64,000 nt of DNA from the NCBI RefSeq assembly GCF_006345805.1, contig NC_043020.1, positions 18,352,001 through 18,416,000 of the forward strand, written 5' to 3'. Below the pieces are notes generated by a model that saw only the letters and a list, made by a program, of their open reading frames with translations, was not told the origin of the DNA and did no database searches. The position numbers were made by a program, and so were the translations under genes. This document shows, one piece after another, positions 40,794 to 53,290 of the stretch (within the stretch, counting starts at the first letter, position 1; every line of letters starts with the position of its first letter). This DNA is from Octopus sinensis. Lineage: Eukaryota.

Positions 40794-41760
40794 TCATCAT
40801 TATCGTTTGACATCCGCTTTCCATGCTTGCATGGGTTGGATGCTTTGACTGAGGAGTGGCAAGCTAGGTGGCTGCACCAGGCTCCAATCTGATCTGGTAA
40901 GGTTTCTACAACTGGATGCTCTTCCTAACGCCAAACACTCTGAGAGTGTAGTGGGTGCTTTTTACATGCCACCAGTACAGGAGCCAGTCCAGCGGTACTG
41001 GCACCAACCACATTCAAATGGTACTTTTTATGTGCCATTGGCATGAGTGCCAGTCACGTGACACTGGCATTGGCCATGACTACGATTTAATTTGACTCAA
41101 CAGGTCTTCTCAAGCACAGCACATTGCTTGGCAATTGAAAGGTACTTTTAAACGGGCCAGTTATGCAACATTGGCATCGGCCACAGCTATGATCTCACTT
41201 GTCTCACCGGGTCTTCTCAAGCACAGCATATCTCCAAAGGTCTTGGTTGCTTGTCGTTGCCTCTGTGAGGCTCAACATTTGAAGGTCATGCTTCACCACC
41301 TCATCCCATGTCTTCCTGAGTCTACCTCTTCCACAGGTTCCCTCCACTGTTAGGGTGTGACACTTATTCACATAGCTGTCCTTATTCATATGCAACACAT
41401 GACCATACCAGCACAGTCATCTCTCTTGCACACCACATCTGATGCTTCTTATGGCCAGCTTTTCTCTCAGGGCACTTACACTCTGTCATGTATGCATACT
41501 GACATTACACATACAGCGGAGCATACTAGCTTCATTTCTTTCAAGCCTATGCATGTCTTCAGCAGTCACAGCCCATGTTTCACTGCTGTGTAGCATGACT
41601 GTTCACACACATGCACCATATGGTCTGAACAACAGGCTCTTTGTCACCAGCAGATGTAGGAGCTCTCTGAACTTTGCTCAGGCTATTCTTATTCTAGCAG
41701 CTGCTCTTTCAGAGCATCCACCACTGCTACTGACTTGGTCATCTAGGTAACAGAAGCTAT
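40794..41760 (-). mobile_element. RTE-clade LINE 3' fragment (decayed ORF2 C-terminus + 3' UTR with (GAT)n tail)
   Basis: MLHSSETWAVTAEDMHRLERNEASML...GRGRLRKTWDEVVKHDL...DLWRYAVLEKTR, with stops and frameshifts. The 3' UTR matches many short copies elsewhere in the window. Confidence 0.85.
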
Positions 41761-42575
41761 CAACTACTTCTAGTTTTTCCTCTCCGTGATGGAATCTGTT
41801 TTCTATTTTAAAAAAAATTTTGGGGCATGATTTAAGGGTGATTCAGCTGCTATTTCTAACATTACAAGTATTGTGTAGATATTCAGTTCTTTTTCTGAAG
41901 TTCATTTCAATCATCAAAGTAAAGCCCCACTTTCAAGATATTCAGTTTCAGAACAAACCAGTTTATGCACAGTTTTTTTAATATTTACTTAGATATTTCT
42001 TTGTGACTGATATAACAAGTACAGAGAACACTGAATACAAAGTTATCTGTTTGTTCGTTTTTACATCTGTTTTTCTCTGCTGTCATGAGTTAGATGAATA
42101 CATATTACCTAGGAATTATTTTATAGCTGGATGCCCTTCCAGTTGCTAACTCTTACTAGTTTTTGAAGTAAAGGATTTTTTTCCCTGGAACTGTAAGTCC
42201 CCTCGTACTCTCCCTACCTCCCTCTAATTCATGCATCATTGGTTGCTTAGTATCACTTCCAATGCTCTACAAAACATGTCCGGCAATAGGGAAATATTAC
42301 CTTGCTTAGAAACAGGCAAAGGTTGGTGACAGGAAGGGCATCCGACTGTAGCTAACCTGTCTCAAGAAACTCATTCTGACCCAGGCAAGCATGGAAAGTG
42401 GATGTTAAAATGATGATGATGAGTTTAAAGAAAAGAATAATCTTTAATGTTCCATTCTAACTGTTACAAGTTAACACCTACTGAAAAGAATGTGTATGGA
42501 AGAAATTTCAGTGAAAGAGCATTTTAAGGCAAAAGCTATGGGCATAAGCGGTTAATGTGTGTTTATGTATGTCAC

Positions 42576-43765
42576 TACTGGATTGTCAAATAAATTGGTT
42601 TATTTTATTTTCTCCATCTATTTGAATCCTTATTTTTCATCAATAATTTTAACAAATCGGTCAATAATATGTTCTCCTTCATTGTTCACAACTTCTTGCC
42701 AATGTTCCACTAGCTTGTCAATGCCTTGAAAGTGGAAGTTACCAGGTCATGACTCAAAGAATCTCATTGAACCAGGTTTTCAGCTCCATGTCATCAAACT
42801 GTTGGAGAGCTACTGAAAAAGGTGAAAATCCGAAGGTTCCATGTAAAAAGTATATGCTGGATGTGGCAGAACTTCCCAACTAATTTTTGGCCAAATTAAC
42901 ATGGGATTGAGCATTGCCATATTGATAAAGCATGCCATGTTGTCAGTTGGGTCATTTCAGCTATATTGCTTGGTTGAACTGATGCACTGAGTAAATGTAA
43001 AGCTCTACATTGACTGTGTAGTAGTTTTCAAGCATTTCATAGTGGATTAACCGTTCCCAGTTGCATCATCTTGCATTGACGCATCTCTGGTTTGGTGCAA
43101 GGTGTTGCTTGCTTGTCAGGATGTGACCATTCTTTTCTCTTCTTCATTCTGACATAAAGACATTTTTAATCACCAGTGATGATGCAGTAAAGAAATATCT
43201 GTTTGTGTCCACAAGTGACCTGGTGTTGAGTGAGAAAACTGGTGGCGATAGAGGAGTGCTGGAGTTTGTCTCTTTTGTTCAGAGCATGTGGTACCAACAC
43301 ACTGAATTTCTAGACCTTATTCATCAAATGAAGGCAACAAGCAATGGTATCATGAGAGCATCCCTTCTGCTGGGCCAATTCCCTTGTGGCTCGGCCTGGA
43401 TCCTCATCGATCCTCATTCAACTGAACAGGTCAGCTGAAACATGGAGATTGAATTTCCCCCTCTATTTCTGTGCAGTTCTTTCAGTAATAGCATCTTCTC
43501 CATACACAGCACAAAGGCAGTATTAGAACCTTGATTGAGAAGCAGGTGTCAAAAATACTCTTTTTGTTTTTTTATATACTTGGCACAGCAACTGTCATGT
43601 CTGAAAAAGAGGTAAAATTTATTCAAATTTCAAAAATGATAAACAAGAGTTGTAGATGAAGAATAAAACTGCAAAAAGACCACAAAACACTATAATAAAA
43701 ACCCTTTTTTGTGTTAATTCAAGCAATATTGGAAAGAAATAATGAATTTATCTGATAACCCAATA
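42576..43765 (-). mobile_element. Full-length (~1.19 kb) inactive mariner DNA transposon in HTATIP2 intron 5
   Basis: Imperfect TIRs tactggattgtcaaataaatt and (rc) tattgggttatcagataaatt. Transposase remnants IDEDPGRATRELA..., LVPHAL (WVPHEL-like), ITGD*KC (TGDEKW-like), WEVLPHPAY..EPSDFHLF. Multiple stops. Confidence 0.88.
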
Positions 43766-44774
43766 TATATAGGCATGTGTGTACATATATGTATATGTAT
43801 ATATATGTGTGTGTGTGTGTATAAGTGCATGTCATCATCATCATCATCATCTAACGCCTGTCTTCTAAGCTGGTATGGGTTGAATGGGTTGACAGGAACT
43901 GGCAAGCTGGAGAGTTGCAACAGGCCCAAGTTGCTTGTTTTTGCATGGTTTCTCCAGCTGGATGCCCTTCTTAACACTGATCACTTTACAGAGTGTGCTG
44001 GGTGCTTTTTATGTGGCGTGAACACCACTGGGGTTGCCAAGTAACTTGCAAGACCTCTCGGCCGGGAGAGAGGAAATTGTGACTAAGAGAAGTGGCATAG
44101 TGCCATGAAATGTTAGAGTATAATAGAGCGATAGATTGGTGTCTTACAGCGGGGATACTTGGCTACGCTAATAACAAAAAGAGAGGGGAGAAAGACAGAG
44201 AGGCAGTCAGTGAGAGACAGAGAAAGTAAAATAGCTGGTGTTAGAGATGCATCAGGATCCACCCACAGGGAACAGTGGGAAGGATATAAGTGATATAGGG
44301 GGGGGGTAGAGGGGGTGATGTTTAGAGATGGGGAAGAGGTTACCATTGTATAATGTATACAAGTCTATATGTGTGAATGTTAATCTGATTGTCGTCATCA
44401 TTTTCATCATTTAGCATTTGTTTTCTATGCTGGCATGGGTTAGACAGTTTCACTGGAGCTTGTAAGCTGGAGAGCTGCACCAGGTTCCTGTCTGTTTTGG
44501 ATTGGTATCTACCGCTGAATGGTCTTCCTAATACCAACCATCCCACAGAGTGTACTGGGTGTCTTTTATATGTTACCAGCACAGGTGCCTTTCATTTGTC
44601 ACCTGCACTGGCTACGACTAGAACAGAATAGAATAATATCCTTCTTCATGTTGACAACTAATGGCACCTATTCGAACTATAATTCTATGTTTGATAAGAT
44701 TTTTTTAATGCAATTTGTGACCCAATTTCCTCTTCATTTTTTTTTACCATTTCTGAACTTCCCACTCTTTGTAG

Positions 44775-45063
44775 CGTTCTGTTATGCGATCGTGCAGAAC
44801 ATCGGCCTGGTGATACAATATTCCAGAAGATTCTGCGACCAGTTGCATACTTCTTCCCCACAGCCGTCACCCTCCCTGTGGAGACAGCTGCTGTTGCTAT
44901 GTTGAACAACGCAATAACACCTACAAACAGAACATTGGACGTCTTCGAGAATAAAGCAATCCATGTAGTTGCCGGTATGGCACAGCAGTTCTGCCCACCG
45001 CAAGAACCTAAGATTTCAGAAGAAAAGACTGCAAACAAGAAGGAACCAGAATCAGACCTTTGA
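44775..45063 (+). CDS. HTATIP2: HTATIP2-like exon 6, terminal (VLLCDRAEHRPGDTIFQK...PVETAAVAMLNNAI...FENKAIHVVAG...ESDL*)
   Basis: ctttgtag acceptor, phase 2 completes GGC. 'VLLCDR.E.RPG' and 'ENKAIH' match the TIP30 C-terminus. TGA at 45061-45063. The six exons sum to 915 nt = 304 aa + stop. Confidence 0.95.
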
Positions 45064-45508
45064 AGAAATGTCAGAGAAAGAAATGAAATATGGAATATTT
45101 AAATTGTGATTTTTTTTCAGCCCCAAGTAAAGATATTTCTGTATTCTAAATCCATTATTGCTAACCCACAATTTGAAACTTCAACCGTTCCATATAATTT
45201 ATTTATTTATTTATCTTATTAACTTATTTTAGTGCGAATGAGTTTATTTATTGTTTTGAAATCTATAGATTTATTTTTTTTTAATTATATCTAAATTTTT
45301 TTAAAATTATTTTGTTTTATTATCATTGTCCTAAAAGAAAATATACAATGAATTTATGCCAGGATGATAGGTTTTGTATATACACACACATATTTGTGTG
45401 TGTGTGAATGTATGTACGTGTGTGTGTGTGTGTGTATATATGTGATGTGAGTAAGATCTGATATGTATATTTGTGTGTAGAGTAATCCATTTTACTCAGC
45501 CATATCTA

Positions 45509-45557
<49 letters not shown>

Positions 45558-46593
45558 CAGTTTTTTCTTTAACTTGGAATAAACGAAGAAGAAAGGTGTA
45601 AAGCCTGTTGTAGTTGCAGGCAATCTGATAACTGATGTATAATTCTGACAGGTTTTATCACAGTTGTAAGTCCAGCCAATTATCAGTGCTTTTTCAGTTA
45701 TCCTCCTAGATAACGACCTGGCAGACAGCTTGATTGTACACTATATACTCAGTCTTTTTCATTATATACACAGTATATTGTAAACCTGACAGCCTGCTTA
45801 ATTTATACCCTGAACACTTTATTCGTAAACTGTACATGGCAGTATGAATGATTACATACTAGCAGTCTGCGAAATTAAAAAATTGTTGTTTCCCCTCTCC
45901 TGCTCTGACAGTGGCCTACTACAAAGATGTATTTTTGTCACTATGCAATCTCTTCCTGTAGAAAAAAAAAATCATGTGATTACAATAATAGGCTTTTAAT
46001 GGGAAAAAAAGAAATTGATATTCTTTAAAAATTAGAAAACCAACATTGTGATTAGTTTAATGTAAATGGAAGGTACAGCTAAGATATATGTTAAATTTTG
46101 TTATCCAAATAGTGGAATTATTACAGGATATTTAATAACACTTATCTCTGATGAAAAAACAAAAATCGTATATAAATTGTTAAGGTGTGTTGTTCTTATT
46201 TTGAATTGTTAAGAACTCTGTAAAAAGCACTTCACATTACATGTTAGAAGAATATGTAGTGTTGTTGGATGAGTTGTGGTGGTGTAAACTTTGTATACAC
46301 CCAGGAATTGTTAATATTTGAAGCAGAAACCCTTTAAACACAACGAGGCCCTAAGCTATGGGATCCTAGAATTTTTGGACTGGGGGTCAGCAACAAGTGG
46401 ATCACTGAGTTGTTCCCTGTTGGCCTTGGTGCCTTTTCCAAACATTTTCCAAAATTATGGGCCACTGAGCAGTTTATGGCTTTAGATGGTATTTTCTGTC
46501 ATGAATTGTTTTAATTTTGCTTACATAAGCTTGGCCAATTGTGGAAATAGGAAGATAAGCAGGGATATTTTCATATATAAAATGAAATAAAAA

Positions 46594-46815
46594 TATCTGG
46601 GTTGCCAGATAAATTTGTTCATTTTTAAAATCTTTACTTGGTACTCCATGGCCATGTGTCTAAAAAGAGGTGAAATTTATTCAAATTTCAAAAATAATAA
46701 ATAAAAGTTGTACAGGAAGGACAGAACTACAACAAAAAAATCATGAAACACTAAGATAAAAATATTTTATGTGTTAATTCAAGTGATATTGGAATGGATT
46801 AAAATAACACCCAGT
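46594..46815. mobile_element. Mariner-derived MITE related to the end of the 42576-43765 element
   Basis: Starts tatctgggttgccagataaatt. Shares 'aaaaagaggt.aaatttattcaaatttcaaaaat' and 'tgtgttaattcaag..atattggaa' with 43605-43740. Confidence 0.6.
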
Positions 46816-47854
46816 TTAAATCTCAGAAGTGAGCCATTAGAAAAGGAAGTTACTTTTCCCTGTTGTAGAGGCTTTCTTTGGCAGTTGTTAATAGAAAATT
46901 AGGAAAATAAGAGAAAAACCTAATAAGAATTACTATTTAATAACAATAAAATGATTAAATAATAAACTTTAAATTAAATTAGATACTTTATAAGTACAAA
47001 TCCATCACAGAAAAAATACATGTACAAACCACAGGAATTGAACCCCACATGTTGTATTCCTGGTTTCATGTCTTTAAAGTGGCTAATTTAATTAAAAGTT
47101 TATTTTATAATTGAAATCATAACCATTTACATTATCACTAACTATTTAGTATGATATAACGAAGTCCTATGCACTTGTGTAACTAATGTTGTTCTTGTAA
47201 TAACTGGGTCTAATTTGTTAATTCTAATTATTGTTAAGTTAATTAGGTTAATATTTTACATAAATTATAATAAAACTATAATGAATGAAGAAAGAATTCT
47301 GAGAGCTTGTGACCCTGCTGTAACTATGTAATAAACTTCTGCCTGTATCTGGCCCCAGTTTGATGTGTTGCCAGAGTGGAAGTATATAATTCACAATACA
47401 AATATACAAAGCATCTTTGTTTTACAAATATTTTTTCCTCACTTTTTCAACAGCATCACACAAAAATATATAGTAATTGAAATGTCAGACAGTAAACGAT
47501 AGAGAGAATGGTGTTAGTGTTGGAACATGAAGAATTAATGGTTGGTAGGAAAATTAGTCATTCCCATGCAAGAGTGCAGATTTTTATGTCTGGTTAGAAC
47601 TTGTTAGTTTGGCATTCAAACAGCATGTTGTTCTTTATCTCTGTTATCACTAGCTCTGCCACCTGAGGTTAAGTTAGGTCTCAAGAGAATGTTTGGTACC
47701 ATAGAACAGTGACAGCATATGAAGAATCTGTGATTAAGAGGTTGGTAATGTTTTCCTTCTTATGTTTGTTTGTTGGCATAATAATTTTTTGCATTGGTTA
47801 CTAAAAAGACGACTGAGTTAGTTTGAAAGTAGTTTGTTTCTCCCCCCCCCCCAT

Positions 47855-48110
47855 AAACCCTTTATTACCATGTTTTTTTATTAGAAAATGTTCTGCTTAT
47901 GTATTTAATTTAATTTTGAAAATAATAATTTAGTGGAATTGACAAAAATAACTAACTTCTTTATTATTAATATGGTATTTAGAACACTACTTTAAAAAAG
48001 TGTTTAATTATAATTATGACAGAAAACTTTAATTTAAATATAAATACTTTAAAACAAGAGGCTTTGTATCAAAGAATCAGAGTTGACTTTAGGTAGGTTG
48101 ATACAAACAG
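47855..48110. mobile_element. Degenerate MITE with an AACCCTT-type terminus
   Basis: Begins aaaccctttattaccatg; AT-rich body; ends ...gttgatac. Recognised as a recurrent octopus repeat from memory. Confidence 0.4.
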
Positions 48111-48198
48111 CATTAAATATATCATTAATAATACAGATCATGAATTGTCTACACTGAAAATGATACATATATACATACATACATACATACATATATAC

Positions 48199-48284
<86 letters not shown>

Positions 48285-48289
48285 ATAAT

Positions 48290-48990
48290 CAAGGGTAATA
48301 GAAAAAATTCTAGACTGTATACTGAAAATAGATGCTAAATTGTCTCACCACTTTAAAAGCATCACAAAGTTACACATGTTGAAATCGAGGGAGTAAGCTA
48401 ACAGAAATTGATAACAATATAGATAGCTCTGGATTGATCAATTTCTGGATTTGCCCAATGGCTTTTCCTTGTCAGCAGAGCTTACTTATGGGAAATAAAT
48501 GAGATATTTATACATACCCAAAGGAAAGCAAATACAAAGCCATAGCTACATATAAATACCACAGATACATCCAACACTGAATTTTGTAGCTTACCTCAAT
48601 GCATGTGCATTCAGTCATAGTAGCACATAAGTAGCTCCACTGTCCTGAAGTGAATAGAAAATTTTCAAGAGGATAAAATTAAAAAAAAATTTTTATTAGT
48701 GGCCAGCATATAAAAATAAACCTAATAAGGTGAAATTATATATATAATTATAATTAAGGGCATAGAAAAAAATTCTAGCCTATATGTTGAAAATAGATAC
48801 TAAATCATCTCACCACTTTAATAACATCACAAACTTACATGTTGAAATTGAGGATGTTTTTAAAGTGGTGAGATGATTTAGCGTCTATTTTCAACATATA
48901 GACTAGAATTTTTTTCTATGCCCTTAATTATAATTACATATATGATTTCACCTTAATAGGTCTATTGTTATATGCTGGCCACTGATAAAA
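48290..48990 (-). mobile_element. PLE pseudo-LTR-like region with direct and inverted repeat copies
   Basis: 48292-48392 is repeated directly at 48756-48855. 48692-48821 is inverted at 48860-48990. Starts in (TA)n, contains a hammerhead fold and lies next to PLE RT remnants. Confidence 0.6.
48425..48482 (-). ncRNA. Type I hammerhead ribozyme fold (probably inactivated by G8->A)
   Basis: AGCUCUG-CUGACAA-GGA AAA GCC AUUG GGC AAA UCC-A-GAAA-UUGAUCAAU-C-CAGAGCU. 7-bp stem I, stem II, palindromic stem III, AUC cleavage triplet. Confidence 0.7.
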
Positions 48991-49254
48991 TAAAAAGAAA
49001 AAATATCCTTTATTATTATATATATTTAAGTCACAATATATGGATTCAAGTAAGTCATCAAAATATTTCTGTCATTTATGACATATATATATATACATAC
49101 ATACATACACACACACACACATATATATATAAAGCAAGAGAATGGGAAGATCAAGAAAGAGAGGAGCAGTTAGTGGGTTTAGAGGAAGGAAAAAAGGTTG
49201 TTATAGATAGTTCATAGAGGATGAGGACAGAGGAGTGAAAGGTTATATAAAGAG

Positions 49255-49450
49255 AAACTGCATTTGGAGCAAAGAGGTTCTAGTATTGGTCTGGGATCTC
49301 TGAAGTGTAGAGTTGATTAATGTTACTGGATAACCCCTTAAAAGAAAAAATAGCTCATGTCATTGGATATGGAAAGAAGAAAAAAAAAAGAATCCGTCCT
49401 TAATACATAGTTGATGGAATCAAAGAAATATTGAGAATGGGGTGGTAGTT
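49255..49450 (-). mobile_element. Second decayed Penelope-like fragment (RT thumb region)
   Basis: PFSIFL*FHQLC...MSYFFF/RGYPVTLINSTLQRSQTNTRTSLL resembles PLE 'IPYSQFLRLRRLC...FF..RGYP..LI'. Confidence 0.55.
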
Positions 49451-49739
49451 TTAGTATGAATAGAGCAAAAGGAAGAATAGTTGTGGTTCAGTAGTGTTAT
49501 AATGAACAGATGAGAGTATGTGAGGGATTTCAACAATGACAGATATTGAGGAAGATAACAGAAGTATTAGACGTGGTAGGAGCAAACACCCGATGAAAGA
49601 AATGAAAGCATTGATACTATATCACGGCTACTGCACTGATATAGAGATGAACTCTTTGCCTTCATTTCTTCCAACAATTTACCTCTACTATCTCAGTTAA
49701 TGGTAGGAGTGAACTGTTGAGGGAGAATAATCAAGAATG

Positions 49740-50160
49740 TGAAACGGTATAAATTGGACTTTTACCAATTTATTACAGAATTAGTATTTTCCTAAAGGAG
49801 TAGATTAATTATCTAGAATATGTTTGTTAATAATACCAAATATCCATTTAGGTAGGGGTTTGTAACCCTTGATGAAGGGTTGATCAGGATTTGTGATCTT
49901 TAAATGTAATATATGGTCTTTTGCAAATCCTGAAACTCAACTCGATCTTTGATGTTTAAATTAAGTTAGTATTGATCCGTTTCATTTCTTTTAAGTCCTT
50001 CTGGAATTGGTTTGAATAATCTCTAAGTTAAATGTTCTTTATCATCCTCAAAATGCTTTTTTTCGAATGGTTGTGATATGTTCTGGTTTGGACATCAGTT
50101 TTAAACCCCAAATTACAATGATCTGAATTGTTAGGTTTCTTTCAGAAAAATAGGTTCTGG
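49740..50160 (-). mobile_element. Decayed Penelope-like element ORF fragment (N-terminal/RT-proximal region)
   Basis: Frameshifted peptides LGFKT...ILRMIKNI*LRDYSNQFQKDLKE, LNIKDRVE, KRPYITFKDHK, FGIINKHILDN and NTNSVINW resemble PLE motifs recalled as ITLKDHK / ISKHILD / NTNSVINWF. Confidence 0.65.
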
Positions 50161-50204
50161 TAATTTAGTCTTTCAGCAGAATGATTACTTTCTTGAAGGA
50201 GGCA

Positions 50205-50692
50205 TTATAAGGTGGAATTCTGGTTTAAGCATCCCATATAACCCCTCATAACTTTTTAAATTTTTGGATTTTTTGAAAAGTTTTGTGAATTTATGCTCTT
50301 CAGGTGGGAATTCATATGAATATGCAAAATCCATAAGAAAAAAAATTGCATGTGATTTAAGGGCTATTTGGCTGTTATTTTTAGCACATTTCATAATCAC
50401 CTGATACTCTCCGCATTTGTTTGTCACTTTGATATATTGATTTTTTTCAATATCTTTCTCCCCATAATCACATATAATGGTCTATTGCTAGGATTTAAGC
50501 AAAATATTTGGACTATCCATAGTTTAAGCTGTGGTTTTGAAGCTGATTAAACAAAATTTAAAAAATTTGTCTCATTGTTGTATGAATTTCCATGTGTAGA
50601 ACACAAATTTGCAAAATTTTCAGAAAATTCTCCAAAATATAAAAGTTATGAGGGATTATATGGGATGTTTAAAGCAGAATTCTGCCCATAAT
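50205..50692. mobile_element. Fold-back MITE with ~120-bp imperfect terminal inverted repeats
   Basis: ggtggaattctggtttaagcatcccatataacccctcataactttt... is the reverse complement of ...aaaagttatgagggattatatgggatgtttaaagcagaattctgccc. Confidence 0.65.
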
Positions 50693-53258
50693 AAATAGAA
50701 TTTTGGGGAAAGTATAATTTCCTCAGGTATTTATAATTCTTCTAATATTAAGGTAAGGTGAATGTCCTACTAAAATAAGAAATACCAAATGTAGAATTAT
50801 ATGTGAAAAGTAATACAGAAAAAAAAGAACGATGGTTTAGGAAAAATCCACTTAGAGTGTTACAACATAGATTTTCAGCTAAAGTTATCAAATGACTAGA
50901 TCTTTCTGTATCTTCCAAGCATGTAATCTTTAGAATCAAGAAAGGGGAAGTTACTCTCACCATATTTGCTGCACAAATTTATATGAAAAATTCGAGCATT
51001 TTATACTGTTTTTGCCAAATGTTGTCAGAAACATCTTTTGATGTCTAAAGCTATGTCACATATCTCATGCTCTGAGTGAAGGTAGTTGTTTTGTATCTGG
51101 GAAAGGATAGTCAAAAAAATCTATTGTGCTATTCCTGGTTCAAACAAGTTCATAGTAAACATGAAGTGGAATAGTTTTGGATGGAAGAAGACGCACTTGT
51201 TGCCTTTTGTGCATTCATATTTGGGGCAAAGATTTAAACAATCTTTTCTGAGAAAAGTGTCCTTCACAGCTCTACAACCTGCAGATATAGTGGGGAAAAA
51301 AGTGGTTTTGTTGTTGCCTGTATCCACTGGGTCCCGATGCACTCAGTGGCAACAACCTTGTGTATGAGGTTAGCATCGTTGTTTGAGTACTCTCTCTTTT
51401 TTATTCTTTTACTTGTTTCAATCATTTGACTGCGGCCATGCTGGAGCACCGCCTGTAGTAGTAGAAATTATTTTTTTGTTTGAGCTGGTTGGTCTTGAAG
51501 AACTGTTAGAAACACTTTGAGCTGTGACAGTGACTTACTGCTGCTTGTTGATGCAGTTTCTGGACTGGCTGAAGTAGGATCAGATGGTCAATTACACTCA
51601 TTGACCAGTAGGATTTTTTTTAGTGTTTCTATATACTTTATACCTTACGTGAAATTACTTGGGAATTTCTTGAACTTTATTTTCAACTTATCTCTCAGTT
51701 CTGTTATAAGTGGAACAAGGTTTGCAGCAATTTTATTTCAAATGTCTTCTGTTATGAAGAGCAAGCCAAATGCTTACCAGATTGGTGATTTCACTTTTCA
51801 TACAATTATTTTTCGTACAAGACCTGAGAAGTGTTATTGACCATAGCTGGAAAACAGGAAATTATATTGAAAGTGTATAATTAATTAGTCAGTTAATTAA
51901 CTTTATTTATGTATTTACTTTTTCAGTGAAAGCCATGTTTTGAGATAATCTTAGTAATTTAAATTTCGATACTGACATAATTTTTTGCTCATCCTGCTAC
52001 TTCTTGATTTACATTACTAGTTTAAGTGTTTTCTTTCGTTGTTGTTGTTATAACAGCTTTGTTACTTTTGTGGGGTGAGTTGACAAAAATGGTTGAGCAC
52101 CAAGCTAGATGCTTCACTGTATTGCTATCTTGTCCTTCTGTGTTTTGAATTCAAATCCTATCAGTACCAACTTCATCTTCTGTTCAGTAAGATTTAGTAA
52201 AACAAGTACCAGTCATACTTGTAGGATTGATTCAATTGACTATAAACATTTCCTTCTAAAAAATAGCAAATCAAGTGATTTTGCTGTTATTGTTTCTTTC
52301 TTTTGTCTTTATTGCCAAATAAGTTAATTTCTTGCTTAATGCAGTTATACATGAGAATAATTAAGAAAATATTTATTGATACTTTCACATATCAATTGGT
52401 TTTTGTACAGATGGCATCTCTGCTTTCATATCTAAGCAATTCTATTTTCCTATACCAACAAGTGTGCAATCATTTTATGTTTACTTTGTGATTTCTTCAT
52501 CACTACTTTGGCAAATACAGTGAAAGTTATTCTTTGTTGAAAAGCTCAGCATAAGGTCAAAACATGTCTGGAGTTGCCGCCCATCCTTACCAGAAAAATA
52601 TAAAAACGTTTTTGACTAATATTGTTTTTTCCTTGCCAATAATAATAATAATGTTACTGTTCTTTTCTATGTATTGTTTTTTAAAGAGAAGAAGAAGAAG
52701 AAAAAATTTTCTATTTTGTTATTGTTGTTGTTTTTACAGTTTGCAAATATTTGATTTGATTAAAACAACTTTAAAAACAACATAACATTTTCTTGTTAGA
52801 TGTAACTCTTTGTGTTTGATTTGATTTGAAATAAAAACAAAAAAATAAACTAACTGTCATGTTTTGTTATTGTCTTGACATGAATTTTGCTAGTTTTTAT
52901 ATAATTGAATTTTTAAATATTTGAATCTCAAATTTAAATTTAAAAAATAGATAAATAAAATATTCAATAAAATTCAAATTGTTTTTTTTTCTTCTGTTCT
53001 GTTACCAATTCTAGTCATTGGACTGCAGCCATGCTGGGGCACTGCCTTAAGAGTTGTACTTGATTTCATTGTCTGATGTTTATATTTTTATTCTTGAAAG
53101 ATATGCTAATGTCCCTTTTGCATTTCACAAAAGTTGATAACTCAGATACAAAAGCTGCAAGGGATTTCAATTAAAACTTAATGAATATGTATGTATGTAT
53201 GTATGTATGTATGAATGAATGTGTGTGTGTGTGTGTATGTATGTGTGTGTGTGTGTGG

Positions 53259-53288
<30 letters not shown>

Positions 53289-53290
<2 letters not shown>

